From a virus, in the IMG/VR virus record IMGVR_UViG_3300045988_120007, positions 1-18,214 of that record: a stretch of DNA of 18,214 nt; one strand, written 5' to 3'. Position numbers and translations under genes: made by a program. The notes below the pieces were generated by a model, which was given only the letters and a program-made list of their open reading frames with translations, was not told the origin of the DNA and searched no databases. This document shows, piece by piece, positions 1-6,886 of this stretch (its first letter is position 1; every line of letters starts with the position of its first letter).

Positions 1-57
1 ACGTGAAACAATGACACGCTTGGGTCCGTAGTGGATTATGTGAAATTATAAAAGGGG

Positions 58-85
58 TTGTATTCTAGAATATGTATGCTATACT
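58..85 (+). promoter_or_regulatory. Left early promoter inside the ITR (sigma-A type, extended -10)
   Basis: TTGTAT (58-63), 16-nt spacer, TGc TATACT (78-85). It is followed by SD GAGGG (102-106) and ATG at 114. Confidence 0.6.
61..72. promoter_or_regulatory. Perfect 12-bp palindrome TATTCTAGAATA in the promoter spacer (candidate operator)
   Basis: 61-72 reads tattctagaata, which is its own reverse complement. It overlaps the 3' half of the -35 and the spacer. Confidence 0.35.
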
Positions 86-113
86 ATGAGTGTAAAGAAA
101 AGAGGGAAACAAG

Positions 114-356
114 ATGACAAAACAAAAGTATGATGATTTAATCCGTAAGCAACGTGATGATGTACTGGCTAAAATTTATGGATGGCATGAATTAGCCAAT
201 GTTTTACAAGCTGTTAGTGACTATACGAATATTTGTATTCGTATGTGTGAGGATATTTATAACGATCTAGATATTGATTATCTTGATTATGTTGAATTAA
301 ATGAAAGTATTTCGAACTGCTTAAAAGAAGTTTGTAGGATTGTGAAGAAGGGCTAG
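114..356 (+). CDS. Early protein, unknown function (80 aa, acidic)
   Basis: The ORF's ATG and first two codons (ATG ACA) lie inside the ITR. SD GAGGG is 7 nt upstream. No recognisable motif. Confidence 0.7.
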   Translation: MTKQKYDDLIRKQRDDVLAKIYGWHELANVLQAVSDYTNICIRMCEDIYNDLDIDYLDYVELNESISNCLKEVCRIVKKG

Positions 357-359
357 AGT

Positions 360-569
360 ATGAGTAATTACACTAACCTCAATCGCTTGTGTTCTGAATT
401 AAATAGAACACTTGGTGTTACAAGCGACATTGAAAGAGAGAACTTAATACGATCCTATTATAATCAAGGTTTGATTAGTTACAGGCAATATTATTTATTA
501 CTTGTAAGTGTTAGAAGGCATGAGTATATTAATAATGTGTTCGTATCCATGTATAGTGAGAATTGGTAG
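360..569 (+). CDS. Early protein, unknown function (69 aa)
   Basis: ATG at 360 lies 4 nt after the previous stop, preceded by GAAGGG. Tightly packed in the left early operon. Confidence 0.65.
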   Translation: MSNYTNLNRLCSELNRTLGVTSDIERENLIRSYYNQGLISYRQYYLLLVSVRRHEYINNVFVSMYSENW

Positions 570-578
570 GTGGTAGTT

Positions 579-875
579 ATGTTAAGTTGTGGTAAATACG
601 GTAAAGTTGTATTTTTACTTTATGATGATATTAAAGTCGCTAAATACGAAATTTTACAAAATGATGGTGATACTTGCAATATTGATTTAAATTTGTATCT
701 TCCATTTAATAGACGTAGAGCTATATTAGAAGATATTAAAGTCAATGATGTTGATCATGCTGTTTTAGATTATATGACTATGCAAGCTTATAATGATACA
801 GAAGATTGTAATAAAATGCTTGCATTTGCAATTGTGGCTTATTTTACTAAGCAAACTAATAAGGAGGTTAAATAA
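579..875 (+). CDS. Early protein, unknown function (about 98 aa)
   Basis: The ORF track opens at GTG 570. ATG 579 is preceded by AGGTGG (568-573) with a 5-nt spacer, so 579 is the more likely start. Confidence 0.65.
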   Translation: MLSCGKYGKVVFLLYDDIKVAKYEILQNDGDTCNIDLNLYLPFNRRRAILEDIKVNDVDHAVLDYMTMQAYNDTEDCNKMLAFAIVAYFTKQTNKEVK

Positions 876-928
876 TGATGTTATTAGTGTTATTATTTAT
901 TTGCTTAGCTGTTAACTGTAAAAGTTAA
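875..928 (+). CDS. Candidate 17-aa hydrophobic micropeptide (MMLLVLLFICLAVNCKS)
   Basis: ATG 875 overlaps the upstream stop (TAATG). A strong SD AAGGAGG (861-867) lies 7 nt upstream. The ORF is too short for the ORF track. Confidence 0.3.
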   Translation: MMLLVLLFICLAVNCKS

Positions 929-940
929 GAAGGATGGTAT

Positions 941-1135
941 ATGATGAACAAACATATTAAAATTGAATTAGAATTCTATTTTGTGTATGATGGTTTAATT
1001 GTAGCGCATTCTACAGATTATAGTATTATTTGGGAGACATATATTAGGTATTATGAAAAATATGGATATAACCACGATTATAGTTTATACACAGTAAATA
1101 AATATAATTTTAAAGATTTGGGCTTAAAGATTTGA
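941..1135 (+). CDS. Early protein, unknown function (64 aa)
   Basis: ATG 941 is preceded by GAAGGA with a 6-nt spacer. It is the last gene of the left operon, followed by a terminator hairpin. Confidence 0.65.
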   Translation: MMNKHIKIELEFYFVYDGLIVAHSTDYSIIWETYIRYYEKYGYNHDYSLYTVNKYNFKDLGLKI

Positions 1136-1140
1136 AAGAT

Positions 1141-1167
1141 AAAGAGTGATAATTAATATCACTCTTT
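1141..1167. terminator. Bidirectional intrinsic terminator between convergent left early operon and packaging ATPase gene
   Basis: Stem aaagagtgata (1141-1151) pairs with tatcactcttt (1157-1167), with loop attaa. The A-tract and T-tract flanks make it usable on both strands. Confidence 0.7.
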
Positions 1168-2183
1168 TAATATTTACTCAATATATAGCTTAATAAACGT
1201 TTTGTTTCTTGGTTATTGTAATAAACGCATCCATCTCGATATGATCTCACTAGTAAATTTAGCCGTTGGTCCTTACGCCATAATTTCGCAATCATCATAT
1301 TTTCACGGTTATTATTACCAATCGAATAACAATATCCATATTCCTTATTAATCTGTTGGTTGATATAAACATAACCTGTGTTCATATCTATCCATACACC
1401 ATAATAGCTATCATCATAGTATAGTGTACATAAATAATCACAAACATTTGTTTTCTTCTTAATAAAGTCGTTTGTATCATATGCAAACTTACCAGCGTTA
1501 TAATCACCGTATGTTGTTCCCGATATTAACTTATGAAATTTCGATTTTTCTTGATTTCCTTTTCTATATTCATTATGACAAATTTGTACAACGATCTGCT
1601 CCACGGATTCATTACCTTTGAATGTATTAAATTCTTTGTTCGGGTCGGGTGTGATACCAAAATAACTAAAGTATGGGTTGACGATACTCGCGTTATTGGC
1701 TAATAGGTATACATGTCCTTCTCTTTGCCTAAATATTGAGTCAATAATATTTAATAGTATTTCTACTTCATTCGGGATGTAGGCATTAAAACCAGCCTTT
1801 TCCGGTATAAATTCATCCACAATAATTGTGTCGATATCTACATAACTTGTTGATTTTAAACTCGCGAATGCTGTTAAAGATGTTGCGTAACCCATTTCAC
1901 AACCATTTATATAAAAGGTGGTAAAATTGCTACCACCTGTAATTTTAAACTCATCATCTTTAAAATTTTCAAATTGATCGTTTAGAAATGTTTTTATTTT
2001 TTTAAGGTCCGTTTTATAGCGTCTCAAGTAAAGAAATTGTTTTCCTATTTTCTTATATCGACTAATACAGTCTTTTTTAAATCCATATGTTTTACCAATC
2101 CCACGACCTCCGATGATGAAATTTAGAAATTTATTGTATGACTTTATATTAGACGGAGTATACCAATCTATTGCTTGTGTCAT
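1167..2183 (-). CDS. DNA encapsidation (packaging) ATPase, phi29 gp16-like
   Basis: Walker A is GGRGIGKT near the N-terminus and Walker B is IIVDEF. It is 338 aa and the last gene of the late block, as in phi29. Its ATG overlaps the endolysin stop (ATGA). Confidence 0.9.
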   Translation of the reverse strand: MTQAIDWYTPSNIKSYNKFLNFIIGGRGIGKTYGFKKDCISRYKKIGKQFLYLRRYKTDLKKIKTFLNDQFENFKDDEFKITGGSNFTTFYINGCEMGYATSLTAFASLKSTSYVDIDTIIVDEFIPEKAGFNAYIPNEVEILLNIIDSIFRQREGHVYLLANNASIVNPYFSYFGITPDPNKEFNTFKGNESVEQIVVQICHNEYRKGNQEKSKFHKLISGTTYGDYNAGKFAYDTNDFIKKKTNVCDYLCTLYYDDSYYGVWIDMNTGYVYINQQINKEYGYCYSIGNNNRENMMIAKLWRKDQRLNLLVRSYRDGCVYYNNQETKRLLSYILSKY

Positions 2184-2905
2184 TTAAACACTCCATATGG
2201 CAAGTAATTAATACCCTTTGAATTTAATTCACCGCCTGCCATCCAACGCCTTGATCCACTTGAACCAATCCAGCTAATCCACACATAGCCATCACGCTTA
2301 ACATAACCGTCATATCGTACACTCATACCATTTGTATAATATAAACCTGTATCATTACCCTTTTGGCTCGGTGCTTCTCTGATTTTAATTGTACAATTTG
2401 GGTAGAAAGTACCATATTCTTTAATAAAATCACTTGGAATTTCATTTAATACCTTTTCAGTTTTTTCATCATTTAAAATCATAGCTTTAGGCATAAAAGC
2501 CGTATCAAATGTTGCTGAATATGGTAGTGTAACGATATTAACTAGACCGTTCTTGTCTCCTTGGTTAGCGCCTAAAAAGCGACCGTATACACCGTTTACA
2601 TCACTGTCAAAAATAGCAACATGACTCCAAGGCGTAATATTTGGCACTTCTTTAAAAACAACGATTGCACCGGGCTGTAGTTCTGTGATTTCAACACAAT
2701 TGTATGTCATTCCATTTGTTTCTCTGTTTAGCCAAATATCTTTAACATATCCGCTAGATGTACAATTAGCACCTTTAAATCCGTTCTTTTCGCACCAATC
2801 AAAATATAAATCCCAACATTGAGAACCGTAAGCACCATCACGATCTACATATGTACCTAAAACTTTTCTCCTATAATCATAATATTTATTTACATTAATA
2901 TTCAT
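2180..2905 (-). CDS. Endolysin: N-terminal CHAP peptidase/amidase plus C-terminal SH3b-type wall-binding domain
   Basis: A CHAP-like catalytic Cys context (YGSQCWDL) and His context (WSHVAIF) are present. The C-terminal DGYVWISWIGSSGSRRWMAGGE is typical of SH3_5. Strong SD TAGGAGGTA. No signal peptide seen. Confidence 0.8.
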   Translation of the reverse strand: MNINVNKYYDYRRKVLGTYVDRDGAYGSQCWDLYFDWCEKNGFKGANCTSSGYVKDIWLNRETNGMTYNCVEITELQPGAIVVFKEVPNITPWSHVAIFDSDVNGVYGRFLGANQGDKNGLVNIVTLPYSATFDTAFMPKAMILNDEKTEKVLNEIPSDFIKEYGTFYPNCTIKIREAPSQKGNDTGLYYTNGMSVRYDGYVKRDGYVWISWIGSSGSRRWMAGGELNSKGINYLPYGVFK

Positions 2906-2916
2906 ATTTCTACCTC

Positions 2917-3636
2917 CTAAAAAATATTAAAGAATAATCCATATTCCTGTAATTCTGTATATAAGTCATTTTCAATTGTAATAACCGCACGCCTTGAACC
3001 TTGTAACACTTCCGCTAATGTCTGAATACCGATATTACCTTTACGCTTAAAGCTGTATTCTTCATGCCCTGTCGTATCATTGGCACTTTTAGGCTTAGTG
3101 ATAGTCTTAGCAATATTATTAACATAGTCGTTTGTTTCAATGTCAACACGTCCCTCGGGAGTTACAGACTGTAAAGCGATAGATGTATCTTCTCCACTTG
3201 CTTGTGTGTTTCCTTTACTATCTCGTGTGTAAGTTTCTGTGTAGTTTGTGTTCGCTGTTGGGTCGTCTTGATCTTGAAATGGGATAGTTTTAAATAACGT
3301 ATAATATCTATCCATGTTGATTTCAAACCAATGTTGAAGTTCAAATTTCCAATATGCATAAGTTTCTTGTCCAATTTCATCAAACCAAAAATGCTTTAAA
3401 ATTCCCGTTTCTAACGCCTTACGTCTTTCGGGGTCGTCATAAAAAGGATAATTAAAATCAAAAATCTTTTTTCGAGCGATCTCTAACACTTCCATATCAC
3501 TTAGTTCATATTGAGCGTCAATTAACTCTGTAAATGCTAGGTTGTGACAGACTCCGCAAATAGTCTCGGTGTTTTCAGCAAGCACCGGACTTTGTAAAGT
3601 TAACAAATAATTAGGTACTTTTAATTTTTTAAACAT
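2917..3636 (-). CDS. Lower collar protein (phi29 gp11 positional analogue)
   Basis: Lies immediately downstream of the portal gene. The track start is GTG 3645, but ATG 3636 is preceded by GAAGGTGA with a 5-nt spacer. The assignment is by position and size only. Confidence 0.55.
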   Translation of the reverse strand: MFKKLKVPNYLLTLQSPVLAENTETICGVCHNLAFTELIDAQYELSDMEVLEIARKKIFDFNYPFYDDPERRKALETGILKHFWFDEIGQETYAYWKFELQHWFEINMDRYYTLFKTIPFQDQDDPTANTNYTETYTRDSKGNTQASGEDTSIALQSVTPEGRVDIETNDYVNNIAKTITKPKSANDTTGHEEYSFKRKGNIGIQTLAEVLQGSRRAVITIENDLYTELQEYGLFFNIF

Positions 3637-3637
3637 A

Positions 3638-4579
3638 TTAATCACCTTCTTTTTTAATTGTTAGATCATCTTTAAAATCTGTAAGGCTTGTGTTACCGTC
3701 TAACTCAATCAATTTTAAGATTTCTTCAAAGTCCTCGTAAGGTGCAAACTCAACACTAGCGTTCAAATTAAATTTCTTATTTAATTCTTCAATCGCTTTT
3801 TTACGTTCACTTAGCCAAATGTTACGGGAAGCAATAACCTGTTGATTGTTTGCGTTGACCTCATCCGCAACTAATCTTTCTTTTTTATCCATGTTCGCAT
3901 TTTCAATTCCTAATAGAGTCATGCATTCACGTAAAATCGCTTGTTTCATACCGTGCAATTCATCCGCTATAAAAGGTGCGTTTGTCTGTAACACGTTCAC
4001 GTCTTCCATTCTAAAACCTTTTGAGGTAAAGATCGTTTGCACGCCTTGCAAAATCTTTTTCATAAATACTTTAAATTGTTGTAACATTCGCCTATCACCC
4101 GTAATAATATACGGCGTCCATTGCATTGTTAAGTTTTGGTCCATAGTCCGACTTGTTAAAGCTAATTTTTTAGCATAAAAATTTAAGTATGGGAAGATAC
4201 CCACATACAAAGGACTGTTTTTCATAACAACACACTCCTCACTTGTTAGATTCTTTTTAATAAGTGGGCTTGTGGATACTGTATGATAATCTGTAGGCAT
4301 TTGATAGTGGTTTAACCGACCGCCTAATGTGATTTCACTACAAATTAAGCCTAATCTTTCATCATCATAAAAACCAATATAACCACGTGTTTGTAAGATA
4401 TATTCTAGATAGAATGTATTAATGGACTCTGGCAAACCTTTATATTTAAACATATTCAAACTCAACATTTGTAAATATGTGTAATAAATAAAGTCAGCCT
4501 CCCCATTGTTCATAGTAGCAACATCTACAGCATTCCTACAATAATCTGTAAACGAACTCGTGTCATTCAATAAATCCAT
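3638..4579 (-). CDS. Portal / upper collar connector protein, phi29 gp10-like
   Basis: 313 aa. The segment LLGIENANMDKKERLVADEVNANNQQV matches the conserved LGIxNANxxKKERxVxDEV block of phi29 gp10 as I remember it. SD AAAGGAGA. Confidence 0.9.
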   Translation of the reverse strand: MDLLNDTSSFTDYCRNAVDVATMNNGEADFIYYTYLQMLSLNMFKYKGLPESINTFYLEYILQTRGYIGFYDDERLGLICSEITLGGRLNHYQMPTDYHTVSTSPLIKKNLTSEECVVMKNSPLYVGIFPYLNFYAKKLALTSRTMDQNLTMQWTPYIITGDRRMLQQFKVFMKKILQGVQTIFTSKGFRMEDVNVLQTNAPFIADELHGMKQAILRECMTLLGIENANMDKKERLVADEVNANNQQVIASRNIWLSERKKAIEELNKKFNLNASVEFAPYEDFEEILKLIELDGNTSLTDFKDDLTIKKEGD

Positions 4580-4614
4580 TTTAAATCATCTCCTTTTAAT
4601 TATATGTTAAATAA

Positions 4615-4638
4615 AAAAGGTTGAACCGTCAACCTTTT
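4615..4638 (-). terminator. Intrinsic terminator after the tail knob gene
   Basis: Stem aaaaggttga (4615-4624) pairs with tcaacctttt (4629-4638), with loop accg. On the minus strand it is followed by a T-run. It shares the GTTGA-N4-TCAAC core with the hairpins at 6861 and 9395. Confidence 0.65.
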
Positions 4639-4641
4639 CTA

Positions 4642-6828
4642 TTAATGTACTTTTCTTTCTTTATAATTTCCGTATTTATCACATTGCGTATACGAATATC
4701 TTTCACCATTATTTTGCGAATAATCACCAACATTTTTAGTGTGCCATAGTGTTATACCATTATTAAATACACGTTTGATTTTTTCCAAGTCGTTCGGGTC
4801 GATGTTTGTACCTTTGATATTACATTTTACAGTTTGAATATAGTTCCATGATACTTTAGATCGTAAATTAGGGTAGTCAACTGTATTTGTAGCATATCCG
4901 CGCATGTTCCATATTTTTTCTAGCTTCTGTTTATATTCGTCTGTAGGTCGATAAACATATAATACGAATGTATTCAAATCTAATGCGATTTGTCGCATTA
5001 AATCATTCGAACCGGTTACAATACTGTCGGCGGTAGCTTGTGCGTCGTGAATACGAGCGTTATAACTATCCATAGCGTTCTGGATATTTGTTTGATTTTG
5101 ATAGTGTGTTGTTAACTGTCTTAATTGATTTCCGATTGCGGTGGATTGGCTGTTAGCACTTGCCTGTGCATTTGCATTTGCAAGAGCGTTTGCATTTTGT
5201 AAGTTAGTCTGTTTTGTATTGATTTGGTTTTGCATTGCGGTTTGCCCAATACCTAAACCAGCTCCAACTAAACTACCTACCGCACCACCAATATTACCGG
5301 TTAGCGCGCTGGCAATACCACCACTTAACCCACCAATAGCGCTTATACTCGCATTGATCATATTCGATTTGTTTTGTAGATCATTCAAATTACTAGCTAG
5401 ATTCGCATTTCTTCCGGTCACACTTAAATTCAAGTTATTCTGTAAACTTGTTTGTGCGCTTAGCGCATTACCGGTTGCGCTTGCTATAGCTGAATTTGTT
5501 TCGTTTGACCGTCTAATGTTTGATAATCCAACGTTCATAGAGTTACGTGAGGATTGTAACATTAAAGCGGTGGTATCACTAATAATAGGTAAGCTAGTCT
5601 CATACTGAGATTCAAACGAATTCTCTAAATTAATTAAACTTGAATAAGAATCATTTGATTTTGTTACTTTATAATTTAATGGCATAATATTCATTTTTGA
5701 ACTGTTTGGTGACCCCACACAAATAAATTGAGCGTTTTTCATATCCTGCCATAATTCATTTTTAAAAGCTTTTGTTGTTCCATTATTATCGCTAATGACT
5801 AAATAACTGTAAGGATACGTGTATATTTTAGTAAATTCGCTAAATCCAATAAAAGCCGGTATATTATATACCTGTGTTTTTGGGAATGCGTTTAAATCAT
5901 TTTCTAGCATGTCATTCATGGTCTTAGCTTTATAAGTTAATATTTGATAATCTCCTTGCTGCTCACCGCTAAAGCAGTCGCGTTTAATCACAACTTGGCC
6001 ACTTTCAACAACTAAGCCCGGTATTGAATTGGTTACAATAATGGATACACATTTACCGACTAATTTTTCATTTTTTCGTAACGCGTCTAAAACGGCTGAT
6101 AATCCCGAGATTGTTACAGTTGCACCGCTTACGCTGCCAATTTTTAAAGATTTTATATCATTTCCCGTATATCTATTAAAAGGGAATATATAATAGTTAA
6201 CTTGACTTGGCGCGCCTAGCTGTGCGTTAGTGTAGCTATCTTTTCCGGACATATCACATGTCATACCTATAACGGCAAAACTAGTATTTTGGTTAGGGTC
6301 TATTAAATACTGTTTATCTGAAATTAAATCTGTACCAACTTCTATATTTTCGGGTTGAGTATTAATACATGGTCGTTGTACACCATCACCATTATCATAA
6401 TATTGCGGTCTATGCTCATAAGCTATATATGACTCCATAAAGTTACTTTCAATCTCAAAACGCCATGTTTGTATTACATCCGTTTCAAAACTAATACTTG
6501 TTGCGTTATCATTTAGATATCCTAAACTAGTAATAAAACAGTAAATCCATTTTGCTTTATTACCTGTATCTCCATTTTGATAAATTAAATAATTGTATAA
6601 ACGTAGATCATCATATAAACCGGGTACTACTACCGTACCATCTTTTCTTTGATACGTGTAATTTTCAAAAACGATGTGATCATAATTATTAATAAAAAAA
6701 TTAAATTGTTTATCGGGGGTATCGAATGCACCCCAAAACGTATTATTCATTGCGTCAATTTCTAACCCTTTTAATAGGTAAATTTTACTTTGCGGAGTAA
6801 ATTGACTGTTAACGACTCCTATACTCAT
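4642..6828 (-). CDS. Tail knob / distal tube protein (phi29 gp9 analogue) with long Gly/Ala/Asn/Gln-rich internal loop
   Basis: A large ORF directly upstream of portal and collar, matching the phi29 9-10-11 order. The track start 6837 abuts the SD. ATG 6828 lies 9 nt after AAGGAG. An internal hydrophobic Gly-rich segment resembles the pore-forming loop of gp9. Confidence 0.7.
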   Translation of the reverse strand: MSIGVVNSQFTPQSKIYLLKGLEIDAMNNTFWGAFDTPDKQFNFFINNYDHIVFENYTYQRKDGTVVVPGLYDDLRLYNYLIYQNGDTGNKAKWIYCFITSLGYLNDNATSISFETDVIQTWRFEIESNFMESYIAYEHRPQYYDNGDGVQRPCINTQPENIEVGTDLISDKQYLIDPNQNTSFAVIGMTCDMSGKDSYTNAQLGAPSQVNYYIFPFNRYTGNDIKSLKIGSVSGATVTISGLSAVLDALRKNEKLVGKCVSIIVTNSIPGLVVESGQVVIKRDCFSGEQQGDYQILTYKAKTMNDMLENDLNAFPKTQVYNIPAFIGFSEFTKIYTYPYSYLVISDNNGTTKAFKNELWQDMKNAQFICVGSPNSSKMNIMPLNYKVTKSNDSYSSLINLENSFESQYETSLPIISDTTALMLQSSRNSMNVGLSNIRRSNETNSAIASATGNALSAQTSLQNNLNLSVTGRNANLASNLNDLQNKSNMINASISAIGGLSGGIASALTGNIGGAVGSLVGAGLGIGQTAMQNQINTKQTNLQNANALANANAQASANSQSTAIGNQLRQLTTHYQNQTNIQNAMDSYNARIHDAQATADSIVTGSNDLMRQIALDLNTFVLYVYRPTDEYKQKLEKIWNMRGYATNTVDYPNLRSKVSWNYIQTVKCNIKGTNIDPNDLEKIKRVFNNGITLWHTKNVGDYSQNNGERYSYTQCDKYGNYKERKVH

Positions 6829-6860
6829 CTTAATCATCTCCTTTTATTTTATATTAGTAA

Positions 6861-6886
6861 AAAATAGTTGAATGTTCAACTATTTT
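6861..6886 (-). terminator. Intrinsic terminator after the tail lysin gene (copy 1 of a 28-nt exact repeat)
   Basis: Stem aaaatagttg (6861-6870) pairs with caactatttt (6877-6886). The 28-nt string at 6859-6886 is identical to 9394-9421. Confidence 0.65.

Larger units (their letters stand above)
1..119. repeat. Left inverted terminal repeat (119 bp)
   Basis: Bases 1-119 are the exact reverse complement of 18096-18214. Identity breaks at 120 (a) versus the complement of 18095 (c). It lies at the extreme end of the window, as expected for a terminal-protein-capped linear genome. Confidence 0.97.

Noticed and set aside
3162-3383. 73-aa minus-strand ORF nested in the lower collar gene in another frame
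   Set aside because: It is entirely internal to a well-supported longer CDS. It has no SD and a low-complexity K/T/Q-rich translation typical of an out-of-frame shadow ORF.
3846-4178. 110-aa plus-strand ORF antisense to the portal gene
   Set aside because: It is antisense to a confidently identified portal CDS. It has no SD or promoter, and its Cys/Phe-rich composition is typical of reverse-frame artefacts in AT-rich DNA.
5141-5608. 155-aa hydrophobic plus-strand ORF antisense to the tail knob gene
   Set aside because: It is the mirror image of the Gly/Ala/Asn-rich low-complexity region of the knob protein. Such regions stay open on the opposite strand by composition alone. There are no translation signals.
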